From the IMG/VR virus record IMGVR_UViG_3300032050_000027: a stretch of DNA of 61,361 nt; one strand, 5' to 3'. Within the stretch, counting starts at the first letter, position 1. Every line of letters begins with the position of its first letter. The notes under the pieces were generated by a model. That model ran no database searches and was not told the origin of the DNA. It was given only the letters and a program-made list of their open reading frames with translations. The position numbers were made by a program, and so were the translations under genes. The stretch comes from an uncultured virus (IMG/VR IMGVR_UViG_3300032050_000027). Its lineage: Duplodnaviria > Heunggongvirae > Uroviricota > Caudoviricetes. Below, one piece after another: positions 41,488-51,527 of the stretch.

Positions 41488-42805
41488 GTTCCGTCAGCAA
41501 GTATTAGACCCTCTCTCAGCCAGCTTTTGTGCGGCAAAATGGTATAACGCAACCATTTGGTTAGGAAGTGGACAGACCACAAGTTGTCATCACCCGCCAG
41601 CTCATTTGATCGACAAAGATAAAGTCAGCATCAACCCTAGGCTACTGCACAATACTGATCAAAAGAAGGCAGATCGCCAACAAATGATCAACGGGGAGCG
41701 TCCCCCTGGCTGTGAGTACTGTTGGAAAATAGAAGACATGGGTCGCAATGCCATTTCAGACCGTGTGTATAAGAGTAAGATATATCCCATAGAGGCATTA
41801 CATGAAGCTAGAAATACACCATACACTGAAGACGTCAACCTCCGTACACTTGAGATCGCTTTTGATCGCACTTGTCAGTTTGCTTGTAGCTATTGTAATC
41901 CAGCTTTCAGTTCAACATGGGTTAAAGACATCCGACGCAACGGAGCTTACCAGAACTTGGTCAGTGATGGTCGCAACCATTTTACCCATGATCATGCTAA
42001 CGCACAACTTTGGGATTATGGAGAACACAATCCTTACATTGATGCATTTTTTAAGTGGTGGGAGTCGGATCTGCATCGCACACTGCAAGAGCTCCGTATC
42101 ACAGGAGGAGAGCCCCTCATGTCTGGTCACACATGGAAGCTCATTGACTGGTTTCGAACAAATTCAGGCAAGAGTTCAACACGCCTGGCTATCAACAGTA
42201 ACCTAGGCACAGACGTAGACATTGACCGCTTGCTAGATGCAACGCAAAACATGGCAATTGACATATACACTTCAAACGAAGCTGTGGGTGTGCAAGCAGA
42301 GTACATACGCGACGGGTTGGTCTGGGCGGACTGGATGAACAATGTCAACCGCTTGTTAAGTTCCAAGCAGTTCCGTAGCATACATGTGATGTGTACCATC
42401 AATGCCCTGTGCCTAGACAGCTTGGATCAATTGCTAGAGTGCATAGTGAAATGGAAGCTGGAGTATGGGCGTGATGCTATATCATTCACACTAAACATCT
42501 TGCGTTTTCCCAGCTTTCAAAGTCCGTTGATACTGCCTGCGGAGTTGAAAACACACTACAAAACAGTGTTGGAAACTTGGCTCACAAATCACAGCCACAG
42601 TGAATACCTGCACGAACACGAAATCAATCATTTACAAAGATTGATTGATTACCTGGATGTGGTGAAAACACCGCATTCAGACACATTTGAAATGCCCAAG
42701 CTATTGAATGATTTCAAACAATTCCACACACAGTATGACCAGCGTCGCAACAAAGACTTTGGCACAGCGTTCCCAAATCTGCAGGCCTGGTATAATTCAC
42801 TATAA
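41474..42805 (+). CDS. Radical SAM enzyme with N-terminal twitch-like domain (paralogue 2)
   Basis: CQFACSYC; TGGEP; N-terminal CAAKW...SCHHPP...CEYC. Confidence 0.9.
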   Translation: MNDLEFRQQVLDPLSASFCAAKWYNATIWLGSGQTTSCHHPPAHLIDKDKVSINPRLLHNTDQKKADRQQMINGERPPGCEYCWKIEDMGRNAISDRVYKSKIYPIEALHEARNTPYTEDVNLRTLEIAFDRTCQFACSYCNPAFSSTWVKDIRRNGAYQNLVSDGRNHFTHDHANAQLWDYGEHNPYIDAFFKWWESDLHRTLQELRITGGEPLMSGHTWKLIDWFRTNSGKSSTRLAINSNLGTDVDIDRLLDATQNMAIDIYTSNEAVGVQAEYIRDGLVWADWMNNVNRLLSSKQFRSIHVMCTINALCLDSLDQLLECIVKWKLEYGRDAISFTLNILRFPSFQSPLILPAELKTHYKTVLETWLTNHSHSEYLHEHEINHLQRLIDYLDVVKTPHSDTFEMPKLLNDFKQFHTQYDQRRNKDFGTAFPNLQAWYNSL

Positions 42806-42830
42806 TTCACTATAATGTCATATAATTACA
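42791..42830 (+). repeat. 10-bp-period tandem TATAATnnnn array at a gene junction
   Basis: TATAATTCAC TATAATTCAC TATAATGTCA TATAATTACA. Confidence 0.85.
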
Positions 42831-44074
42831 ACTCTACAGATCTAGTAAGACCCACAGAATTAACTGAGCGTGAGGAATTCTTACTAAAAGATTCAAAGAC
42901 ATTTTGCATTTATCCCTGGATCCATTTGCACGCCTATCCCACAGGCGAGGCATATCCCTGCTGTCATGCTGAAATGAAGCCAGGCATAGTAGGCAACTGT
43001 AGAACAAATACCTTAGAAGAAATATGGCAGGATGCACCCATGCAGAAGCTACGTGCAGACATGCTGAGCGAAACGCCACACGCTGCCTGCACACGTTGTT
43101 ATGAGCAGGAAGAATCAGGATTCTTTTCAGGCCGTAAGAGTGCCAACAAACATCACGGACATCACATAAAGAAGCTGGATCAAAATCCTTTTGAAATGAC
43201 CTACTGGGACATTCGTTTCTCAAACTTGTGCAATCTAAAATGCCGTAGCTGCGGATACATATTCAGCTCACAATGGTATCAGGATCAAGCCAAACTTGCT
43301 GGCGGCGACTGGAAAGCCCGCAACACAGTGCTAAACTATGCAGGGCGTACTGAAACTGACATGTGGGAACAATTAAAGCCTCATTTGGACTATGTGGAAC
43401 AGATCTACTTTGCTGGCGGTGAACCCTTGCTTATGGCGGAACACTACAATATTCTAGACGAGCTGGTGCGAAGAAAACGCTTTGACGTTAGACTCATATA
43501 CAACACCAACTTCACACACACGGATCTCAAGGGTCGTTCAGTATTTGAATACTGGCGCCAGTTCGATTCAGTTGCTGTGGGTGCCAGCCTGGATGCGTCG
43601 GGCGCACGTGGGGAATACATTAGAAAAGGCACAGACTGGGCCGTAGTAGAACAGAACAGACGTGATATGTTGCGTGTGTGCCCTGAAGTGGATTTTTACA
43701 TTTCACCTACCTTGAGCATAATGAATGCCTGGCACCTGCCTGATTTCCACCGTGACTGGGTGGAAAAAGGCCTGATCCGCGCACAGGATTTAAATATAAA
43801 TATCCTACAAGATCCTGCGCACTATAGAATAGACATTGCCACAGCCGAATACAAACACTCACTCACAGCACTGTATCAAAATCATATCCATTGGCTTAAA
43901 GGTCAGGACCCGCTAAATCGTGCCACACAAGGCTTTGAATCAGCCATTACCTTTATGATGGCCACAGACAACACACACTTGATAGATACATTCTGGCGCA
44001 AAACAAATGAACTAGATTCAATAAGAAATGAATCAATATTGGATATAATTCCAGAATTGGCGGCACTAAAATGA
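42815..44074 (+). CDS. Radical SAM enzyme with N-terminal twitch/SPASM-like domain (paralogue 3)
   Basis: CIYPW...PCC...CTRC; CNLKCRSC; AGGEP. Confidence 0.9.
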   Translation: MSYNYNSTDLVRPTELTEREEFLLKDSKTFCIYPWIHLHAYPTGEAYPCCHAEMKPGIVGNCRTNTLEEIWQDAPMQKLRADMLSETPHAACTRCYEQEESGFFSGRKSANKHHGHHIKKLDQNPFEMTYWDIRFSNLCNLKCRSCGYIFSSQWYQDQAKLAGGDWKARNTVLNYAGRTETDMWEQLKPHLDYVEQIYFAGGEPLLMAEHYNILDELVRRKRFDVRLIYNTNFTHTDLKGRSVFEYWRQFDSVAVGASLDASGARGEYIRKGTDWAVVEQNRRDMLRVCPEVDFYISPTLSIMNAWHLPDFHRDWVEKGLIRAQDLNINILQDPAHYRIDIATAEYKHSLTALYQNHIHWLKGQDPLNRATQGFESAITFMMATDNTHLIDTFWRKTNELDSIRNESILDIIPELAALK

Positions 44075-45288
44075 ATATTCCACACGATCAATTTTGCGTA
44101 TTGCCCTGGGTGAGTTTAGAAGCCTCTCCCATTGGCACTGTACGCCCATGTTGTCTGGCAGATGATGAACTGACGGATGACTCTGGCACAAAGTTCTCGC
44201 TATTGAATGCTAACTTTGCTGACATACAAAACTCACGTGCAATGACACGCCTGCGTGAACAGTTTCTTGCAGGCGAAAAGCCACAGACCTGCCGCAAGTG
44301 CTGGATGGAAGAACGTGCTGGCCGCACATCAAAACGCATGCACACCTTGGACAGAATGAAACACATGGGCATATCAGGAGAATGGACCACTGACGCCAAG
44401 CCGCTGATGTTCCTGGATTTGAAGCTGGGCAACATCTGCAATTTAAAATGTCGTATATGCGGATCATGGTCATCAAGCCAATTTGCCACAGAAGAATTAA
44501 ATGACATGCATCCAGATGACGATAAGAAAAAGACATTTCCCTATCAGATGCTGCGAGCAGGTGCGTGGCCCAGGGAAAATCAATCATTTTGGACAGAAAT
44601 TGATGCCTGTTTAAATGACATACGCTACATTGAATTTACAGGTGGCGAGCCATTCATGATTGATCAGCACTTTGACATGTTGCAGGGCATTGTGGATCGC
44701 GGAATTGCACATCAAGTGGAAATACACTACAACACAAATGGCACACAATGGCCTGCTCGCGGCCCGGACATCTGGCGCCATTTTAAAACAGTAGAAGTGG
44801 CGTTCTCAATAGATGATGTGGGTGAACGCTTTGAATATCAACGCACCAATGCAGACTGGGCATTGGTGCTGGACACAATCACAAGTTTTCAATATCTTAG
44901 AGATCAACTGCCCAACCTGCGTTTACAATGCTGTAGTACCGTGAATGTGTTTAATGTGCGGTACATTGATCAACTAGCACACTGGATAGCACTGCAACGC
45001 TTTGACTTTGTGTACTGGAACATGATGCATGATGCCTGGTACTTTTCAATTGCCACACTGCCTGACACAGCCAAAGCTGCTGTCACAGAACACCTACGTT
45101 CAGCAGATGTGCCCGCACAATATCGTGAGGAGTTTGATAGAATCACAGACTTTATGAATGGGGGTGCGTCAACGGACGGCTTTATGTTGCGAATGAAAGT
45201 ACGTGATTTAGATCGCAAAAGAAAACAAAATTTACGTGATGTAGCGCCAGAATTTGCTGAAATAATTGGGTATGACTATGACCAGTAA
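44071..45288 (+). CDS. Radical SAM enzyme with N-terminal twitch/SPASM-like domain (paralogue 4)
   Basis: CVLPW...PCC...CRKC; CNLKCRIC; TGGEP. Confidence 0.9.
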   Translation: MNIPHDQFCVLPWVSLEASPIGTVRPCCLADDELTDDSGTKFSLLNANFADIQNSRAMTRLREQFLAGEKPQTCRKCWMEERAGRTSKRMHTLDRMKHMGISGEWTTDAKPLMFLDLKLGNICNLKCRICGSWSSSQFATEELNDMHPDDDKKKTFPYQMLRAGAWPRENQSFWTEIDACLNDIRYIEFTGGEPFMIDQHFDMLQGIVDRGIAHQVEIHYNTNGTQWPARGPDIWRHFKTVEVAFSIDDVGERFEYQRTNADWALVLDTITSFQYLRDQLPNLRLQCCSTVNVFNVRYIDQLAHWIALQRFDFVYWNMMHDAWYFSIATLPDTAKAAVTEHLRSADVPAQYREEFDRITDFMNGGASTDGFMLRMKVRDLDRKRKQNLRDVAPEFAEIIGYDYDQ

Positions 45289-46285
45289 TCTGGTATTGAT
45301 GCACGACACCAGACTGGTTCCTGCCAATTTGTCAAGGCATTTTCCTGTGGACTATGAGTTTTTTGATCCTGGCAAAACATATCCCAGCAACACAGTTTTT
45401 GTTTATGATCATTATCTCAGTGAAATTGCAGTCAAACAGCATCTTGACAGTCATCTGCAAGCTGGCTACAGAGTAATATACGACAACAAAAATGAACATT
45501 GGTTTACCACTGACCAATGGTGGATTGTTGAGCTGCTACAAAAATATCCACAACAACACCTTTTGTTTAGTTTGGGATCACAGCCTGGCGCATTGCCTGG
45601 ACTCAGAGTGCAGGCTGTGCCTGCTTGGATATGGCTGCGTTGCCGAGACTATTGGGAAAAATTGAACTATCACAATATTGCATATACTCCAACTGCACGG
45701 TATAAAACATTGTGTATGATCAACTACACACGACCCTGGCGAGACCTGGTGTGGCAAGCATTGAATCCCATGGAGGCAGATGTGATGCGTAGTTATTTGT
45801 CCCAGGGGATCAGCATGCCCGACGATGTTACAGGTGATGGACACTTGTGGCAGGTAAATCCACGTTGGTTTCATATTTCTGCAATGAGCTTGGTGTGCGA
45901 AAGTTCAATTGGTGCTGTTTCTGGAGAAATTTCAGTCACTGCACCGTCAGGTGTGTTTGTGAGCGAAAAAAGTCTAAAGCCCATGGCCATGCAACATCCA
46001 TTTATTGTGGTAGCAACCCCGGGTACCCTAGCAGAGATACAGAGTTTTGGATTTGAAACATTCCCAGAGTTATGGGACGAAAGCTACGATTCAATTGTGG
46101 ACTTTGGTCAGCGATTAAACGTCATTATGCAACAAGTGCAACAGTTTGATACAGCACAATTAAACCAGCTGGTAGTGCAACAAAAACTCCAACACAATCA
46201 GCACAGGATTTTTGATCCTGCGGTAACACAGCAATTGCTACAGCAACAGGTGTTGGATCCCATATTAGAATTTTTAAATGAATAA
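45266..46285 (+). CDS. GT10-like putative glycosyltransferase (paralogue 3)
   Basis: SLVCES...FVSEKSLKPMAMQHPFIVV...GFETF..LWDESYD. True start probably ATG 45272 or 45278. Confidence 0.55.
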   Translation: MGMTMTSNLVLMHDTRLVPANLSRHFPVDYEFFDPGKTYPSNTVFVYDHYLSEIAVKQHLDSHLQAGYRVIYDNKNEHWFTTDQWWIVELLQKYPQQHLLFSLGSQPGALPGLRVQAVPAWIWLRCRDYWEKLNYHNIAYTPTARYKTLCMINYTRPWRDLVWQALNPMEADVMRSYLSQGISMPDDVTGDGHLWQVNPRWFHISAMSLVCESSIGAVSGEISVTAPSGVFVSEKSLKPMAMQHPFIVVATPGTLAEIQSFGFETFPELWDESYDSIVDFGQRLNVIMQQVQQFDTAQLNQLVVQQKLQHNQHRIFDPAVTQQLLQQQVLDPILEFLNE

Positions 46286-47567
46286 ACCTGATACCATGTG
46301 CCTGGCACCTTGGGTGCATACCTATCTAAGCCCGCAAACTGAACGGCGCATGTGCTGTGCGTCACGCGAGCCTGCACAGAATTTTCGGCAGTACATAGAC
46401 ACTGAGTCAGGTACTGGTCAGTATATTCCTGTCACACTTGAAGAACATTGGAATTCAAATCACATGCGATCAGTGCGTCGCAGAATGATGGCCGGAGAAA
46501 CTTTACCTGAATGCGAAGTATGCAATGACCGACTCCTTAACACTAGCGTTTACCGCACCTACTTCGATCATTTATTTCAGCACAAACTGCCAGAAGTATA
46601 CGCTAACACACAGCCCGATGGCACTACGACTATGGAACCTGTTTCATGGGATTATAGGTTCTCAAACTTATGTAACTTCAAATGCAGAACCTGCGGAGAT
46701 ATGCTTTCAAGTGCCTGGGAGAGTGAACAAAAACAGAACAACATGGTCAACTGGGCTGATCCTAAAAACAATTGGATGCGAGACAGTATACGTGACAGCA
46801 TCTCCCAATTTCAGGATAGTCAAATTGAAGCCGAATTTGCTGCCGCCGTTGAACAACATCGTGTAGAAGAAATCTACTGGGTGGGCGGAGAGCCGCTAAT
46901 GTACGAACAGCATTGGCGCCACATGAAAAGAATTGTTGAACTAGGAGATGGACCACGTGTTTATGCTAGATATAATACTAATCTCAGCCGTGTGCGTTAC
47001 GGCGGTGTGGATCTATTTGATGATATCCTGGCGCACATTCGCGATTGGCAAATATGTGCTTCCCTGGATGGAACTGAGCAGATCGGGGAATATATTCGTA
47101 CAGGATTGGATTATGCACAGTTCTGTCGTAATTTTGAACACGGACTCAAATACGCTACCAACCCTAGACAGATGCGTCTTGACTTTACCCTCACACTGCC
47201 CGGCATGTTCGAGACTGGCGCAATGGAAAAGTTATCACAGACGTATGGGGTACAATTGTTAGCCAAAGTGATATTCAGCTTTAGTCCAGACATTGTTATG
47301 AGTCCACTTGCGCTGCCCAGACACTTGTTGGATCCATGGGTTGACGAACTAGCAGGCCGCTCCGCAGGTGACATGCGTGATGTACTGCTACAATTAAAGA
47401 ACCGTCCATGCTTTGAGGAACAATGGCCGGATACATATCGCGCAGGACTTGCAAAAGGCAAAGCTCGTGTGTTACAATTAGAAAGCATACGCACACAGAA
47501 GATTACTATGGCAGAAATACTTGCTCAAAGACCAGCAGTGCTAGAATGGTGGAATAAAATTGCTTGA
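46278..47567 (+). CDS. Radical SAM enzyme with N-terminal twitch/SPASM-like domain (paralogue 5)
   Basis: CLAPW...MCC...CEVC; CNFKCRTC; VGGEP. Confidence 0.9.
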   Translation: MNKPDTMCLAPWVHTYLSPQTERRMCCASREPAQNFRQYIDTESGTGQYIPVTLEEHWNSNHMRSVRRRMMAGETLPECEVCNDRLLNTSVYRTYFDHLFQHKLPEVYANTQPDGTTTMEPVSWDYRFSNLCNFKCRTCGDMLSSAWESEQKQNNMVNWADPKNNWMRDSIRDSISQFQDSQIEAEFAAAVEQHRVEEIYWVGGEPLMYEQHWRHMKRIVELGDGPRVYARYNTNLSRVRYGGVDLFDDILAHIRDWQICASLDGTEQIGEYIRTGLDYAQFCRNFEHGLKYATNPRQMRLDFTLTLPGMFETGAMEKLSQTYGVQLLAKVIFSFSPDIVMSPLALPRHLLDPWVDELAGRSAGDMRDVLLQLKNRPCFEEQWPDTYRAGLAKGKARVLQLESIRTQKITMAEILAQRPAVLEWWNKIA

Positions 47568-48621
47568 TCACATTGAAATAGACCTACGCGGACAAAACAG
47601 CCTACTAACTGTGCATATAGATGTGGCGGACAACACACTAAGTCGCAAATGGCTAACCGCGCTAAATGACATCATTAGAACTGATCTTCATTTGGAAAAG
47701 AATTACTGTTGGATGGGATGGACTGAAAGTGAACGAAATGCACAATACCTTTGTGAGCAAATTAATGCTAGTATTGATCACATCAATCGAAGTGGTATTG
47801 GCTATTGTATTGATTGTGATGCTTATACTGTAGAGAATACCATTGAGCCAGGAATCATTGGCACCAATCTAATCATCGGTGGCGTGGTGCATGAAAAAAT
47901 GAACAATCTACACAGGTATTTTGAAGACCTACAAGGGTGGTCAGGTGGCATTTCAAATTATTATACTCGTGCAGATCCTGCTACACGCTGGCACATACGT
48001 CAACTAAATCTCCTGTGTCATGAATATGAAAGTCTTGTATTGAGCATGCGCAAGGCTGTGCATGCCCCTGAATGGCGCAGACCCTCACAGTTGATGTGTT
48101 GGCTTAATGCACCGCGTTTTGCACTAGAACCCGCGGACTATGAATTGTTTGGCGTAGAAACCATCAACAGAACTCTAGGCGGTGTTTATTTGGGTGTAAA
48201 TAAAGCAGTTGGCAAACATCACTGGGAGGTGTTCAATGATGAAGGTAGGGATTCGCGTGTTGGCGAGCTTGTTACTACAGGACTGCGTGCTCAAACTGAA
48301 GCCGCTGGCGACTTTGATATCGAATGGGCCCGTGACCCAGGAGCATATCACTGGCAAATCAAAAAGTTACAAGAATTCCGCGCCTGGCTATTGGACAATG
48401 GGTTTGATCCAGAGGACAAAAGTCTCACCATTGGTCACCCAAAGGTGGCACAAGTTGACGTGATGCGAACATTTGGAACAACGGATTATGAAAAGATTTG
48501 GGCGCAGTTGGCTCAACATCTTGATGTGTTGAGCATACGTACCGGGTGGGGCGAAGCTACATACAACTATCGCTGGAGCGATCCAGACTATCATGAACAG
48601 CAAATAAGGAGATTGAAATGA
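47560..48621 (+). CDS. Hypothetical protein (353 aa)
   Basis: Long ORF overlapping both neighbours; motifs NNLHRYFE, LNLLCHEYE, VGKH..EVF.D; family not recognised. Confidence 0.7.
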   Translation: MLDHIEIDLRGQNSLLTVHIDVADNTLSRKWLTALNDIIRTDLHLEKNYCWMGWTESERNAQYLCEQINASIDHINRSGIGYCIDCDAYTVENTIEPGIIGTNLIIGGVVHEKMNNLHRYFEDLQGWSGGISNYYTRADPATRWHIRQLNLLCHEYESLVLSMRKAVHAPEWRRPSQLMCWLNAPRFALEPADYELFGVETINRTLGGVYLGVNKAVGKHHWEVFNDEGRDSRVGELVTTGLRAQTEAAGDFDIEWARDPGAYHWQIKKLQEFRAWLLDNGFDPEDKSLTIGHPKVAQVDVMRTFGTTDYEKIWAQLAQHLDVLSIRTGWGEATYNYRWSDPDYHEQQIRRLK

Positions 48622-48719
48622 ATTGGATTAGACAAATTTGGGATAGAATTACACTAGAGTATCGTTATCGTAAAAAACTAAAAGAGCTACGCAAAAGAGA
48701 TCCTTTTATCTACAAATGA
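48618..48719 (+). CDS. Small basic peptide (33 aa) ending PFIYK
   Basis: MNWIRQIWDRITLEYRYRKKLKELRKRDPFIYK; AGGAG upstream; ATGA overlaps at both ends. Confidence 0.8.
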   Translation: MNWIRQIWDRITLEYRYRKKLKELRKRDPFIYK

Positions 48720-49363
48720 AAAATCAGTTACTCACAATAGGTGATAGCTTTACACATGGTGACGAATTGTCAGATGTGTATCAAGCCTGGCCCTATCGTC
48801 TGTCAGACAAACTAGGATACGAAGTCCACAATCTTGGACAGTCAGGGTGCAGTAACGCTAGTATTTTGCGTAGAACATTAGAAGAACTTGCGACCAATCA
48901 TTATGATTTAGTTATTATAGGGTGGACTTATCCGGGTAGAATTGAATGGAAAGATGACATTGGCATAGCGTATGATTTATGGCCAGGTGTGCCCAACGAT
49001 ACTAAATTTTTTAAAGATCATCCTTGGAGAGTTGATTTTTTAAACTTTATAAGTCAACATCACAATTCTGCTTATCTATACCAACAGTATCTGATACAAA
49101 CAATTTTGTTGCAATCGTTTTGCCAAGTCAACAGCATTGATTATAGAATGTTAGATGTACAATGGCACAATTACTACAGAAAAGTTGGATCAGAAATGCA
49201 TGATAAGTTAGAAGCAAAAATAGATACAACAAAATTTATAGGTTGGCAAAAGTTTGGTATGAGAGAACTAGTGGCTGATTTACCAAAAGGTCCTCAAAAT
49301 CATCCGCTAGAACAAGGACATGAGAGAATAGCAAATGAAATCGCAAAACATATTGGGAATTAG
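48716..49363 (+). CDS. SGNH/GDSL-like protein
   Basis: IGDSFTHG, NLGQSGCSN, HPLEQGH; AT-rich. Confidence 0.7.
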   Translation: MKNQLLTIGDSFTHGDELSDVYQAWPYRLSDKLGYEVHNLGQSGCSNASILRRTLEELATNHYDLVIIGWTYPGRIEWKDDIGIAYDLWPGVPNDTKFFKDHPWRVDFLNFISQHHNSAYLYQQYLIQTILLQSFCQVNSIDYRMLDVQWHNYYRKVGSEMHDKLEAKIDTTKFIGWQKFGMRELVADLPKGPQNHPLEQGHERIANEIAKHIGN

Positions 49364-50825
49364 TGCAGGCTTTCATGACGCTGCCTTGACCTTGTTAGAC
49401 CAGCACGGCAAGATTGTGTTTGCCGGCCATTCAGAACGTTACAGCAAGCAAAAAAATGATGCTGATATTTCATCAGCCATGCTTGACGAAATTGACATGA
49501 GTCAGGTAGGTACCATTGCGTACTACGAACGTCCGTGGATGAAACAACTGCGTCAATGGTATGCAGGACAGGGTATTGAGTGGAACAAAGTAACCACAAG
49601 ACAAATACTAGAGCAACAGCTTGGCGCTGACCAAGTCAATGGCAAACGCATTAAAAACTACAATCATCATTTGTGTCATGCTGCTGCTGGTTTTCAAACA
49701 AGCCCTTATCCCATAGCCACAGTGGTTGTGATAGATGCTGTGGGCGAATGGGACACAGTGTCAATCTGGGGAGCAATGTATGATAAAAATCTTAAAGCAA
49801 CGTATACTCGACTTTGGTCGCAGAGTTATCCACATTCAATTGGATTATTCTACAGTGCTATTACTAAGCGCATTGGCCTACACCCACTAGACGAAGAATA
49901 CATCACCATGGGCATGGCCGGATGGGGAACACCTCGATGGACCGAAGTCATGCGTGATGTACTCGTGGACAATCCAGAACAACTGCGGTTTAGATCAAAC
50001 TTACACACAGGACTTGATTCAAGTTTTTTAGATTGTGCAACCAATGAAGATATTGCTGCTTCGGCACAACAACTCACAGAGTATCTAATACACCAAGTTA
50101 TGACCAAGGCCAAAAACTTTGGGTGGAGTGACAACTTGGTTTACATGGGCGGAGTGGCGCTAAACTGTTTGGCCAATAGGAGGTTAGGTGAATACTTTGA
50201 TAACATATGGATTATGCCTTGTCCTGGTGATGCTGGCAGTAGCCTGGGCGCCGCCGCTCTTGCACACGGCGGTTGTGTTCAGTGGACTAGTGCTAGTCTT
50301 GGCCATAATATACCTGGTGATTACCCTGTTTACAATGCCATGGCTGCTCTTCTCACTGATCGTATTGTGGGTGTGGCATCGGGCCGAGCAGAATTCGGAC
50401 CCAGAGCCCTAGGCAATAGATCATTGCTAGCAGACCCCCGTGGCGCTGACATAAAAGACCAAGTGAATTCGATCAAACGCAGACAAAAATTTAGACCTTT
50501 TGCCCCAGTTATTCTGGAGGAGTTGGCTGACGATTACTTTGATATGCCTCGTTGCTGGAGTGACAGTAGGTATATGCAAATTGTCGCTCGTTGCCGGCAT
50601 CCTGACTTATTTCCCGCTGTTATTCATGTTGACGGCACTAGTCGTGTACAGACTGTGCCCCGCGACGGATCAGGCATAAGAAAGCTGTTGGAAGCATGGT
50701 ACGCCGAGACAGGTTGCCCTATGTTGCTTAATACAAGTTTAAACATACGTGGGGAGCCAATGGTAAACGACAGAGCAGACGCAGACCGATTTGAAACACT
50801 GTATGGTGTAAAGGTATGTTCATGA
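49335..50825 (+). CDS. O-carbamoyltransferase (NodU/CmcH/TobZ family)
   Basis: GISAGFHDAA, HHLCHAA, GGVALNC, PGDAG, EFGPRALGNRS, FRPFAP, HVDGTSRVQTV, LLNTSLN. Confidence 0.95.
   Translation: MKSQNILGISAGFHDAALTLLDQHGKIVFAGHSERYSKQKNDADISSAMLDEIDMSQVGTIAYYERPWMKQLRQWYAGQGIEWNKVTTRQILEQQLGADQVNGKRIKNYNHHLCHAAAGFQTSPYPIATVVVIDAVGEWDTVSIWGAMYDKNLKATYTRLWSQSYPHSIGLFYSAITKRIGLHPLDEEYITMGMAGWGTPRWTEVMRDVLVDNPEQLRFRSNLHTGLDSSFLDCATNEDIAASAQQLTEYLIHQVMTKAKNFGWSDNLVYMGGVALNCLANRRLGEYFDNIWIMPCPGDAGSSLGAAALAHGGCVQWTSASLGHNIPGDYPVYNAMAALLTDRIVGVASGRAEFGPRALGNRSLLADPRGADIKDQVNSIKRRQKFRPFAPVILEELADDYFDMPRCWSDSRYMQIVARCRHPDLFPAVIHVDGTSRVQTVPRDGSGIRKLLEAWYAETGCPMLLNTSLNIRGEPMVNDRADADRFETLYGVKVCS
50743..50825 (+). 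repeat. 83-bp imperfect direct repeat, copy 1 (3' end of the carbamoyltransferase)
   Basis: Matches 51571-51653 at 69/83 positions by hand alignment. Confidence 0.9.
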
Positions 50826-51508
50826 TTATAATTATGGGCGATAGTTGGGGCGTGGGAGAATGGGGATCGGATAAAGATCGCAGTTGTTGTTTAACGGGTC
50901 CGGGAATAGGTCAATTGTTTTCTTTGCATGGCAAAGTAATAAATTTTAGTCAGGGCGGTGCTAATAATTTTGAACAACAACAGGAGTTTGAACGGTTGTT
51001 GGCAAAATTCAAACCAGATGACAATGATCAATTTTATTGGATAGTTACAGATCCTTTAAGAAATGTTGTACCTAGCACGTTACTAGAAACTGCTTCAAGT
51101 ATTGAATCTGCCGCACAAGAACTGTTAAATTTGTTTTTTAAAAATATTAATTTCATTGCAACTAGTCGCAATATAACCATTAGGTTAATTGGAGGGCTCT
51201 GTGATCTTGAACCTATATCTTACAGCCATTTAAAAGTGGTTGTTCCAAGTTGGTGCAAAATGCTTAATGCAACTCATACATCATCAATTTTTGTAGATGA
51301 CACAATTAAAGAGCTTGCACCATATATTGCAGCGCATAGGCCTGATTTAAAACATGAATGGACAGAAATAGCCAAAACTGCATTGGACAAAAGAAAAAGT
51401 GTTAAGTACTTAGAATCTTGTGGGCTAATAGTGGCAGACCATCCTTCAAGACAAGCGCACAGATTACTAAGAGATTATTTGTCACCGGGCAACGAAAATG
51501 TTTTTTAA
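50822..51508 (+). CDS. SGNH/GDSL-like protein, AT-rich, probably inserted
   Basis: MGDSWG, NFSQGGANN, DHPSRQAH. Likely start 50822 (ATGA overlap); the track gives 50816. Confidence 0.65.
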   Translation: MIIIMGDSWGVGEWGSDKDRSCCLTGPGIGQLFSLHGKVINFSQGGANNFEQQQEFERLLAKFKPDDNDQFYWIVTDPLRNVVPSTLLETASSIESAAQELLNLFFKNINFIATSRNITIRLIGGLCDLEPISYSHLKVVVPSWCKMLNATHTSSIFVDDTIKELAPYIAAHRPDLKHEWTEIAKTALDKRKSVKYLESCGLIVADHPSRQAHRLLRDYLSPGNENVF

Positions 51509-51527
51509 AAACATTGGTGTTAATATA

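Noticed and set aside
38994..47567. Radical SAM array as a RiPP (peptide-modifying) cluster
   Set aside because: No convincing precursor family, RRE/PqqD domain, protease or exporter; the context is sugar enzymes. The 33-aa peptide is kept only as a minor possibility.
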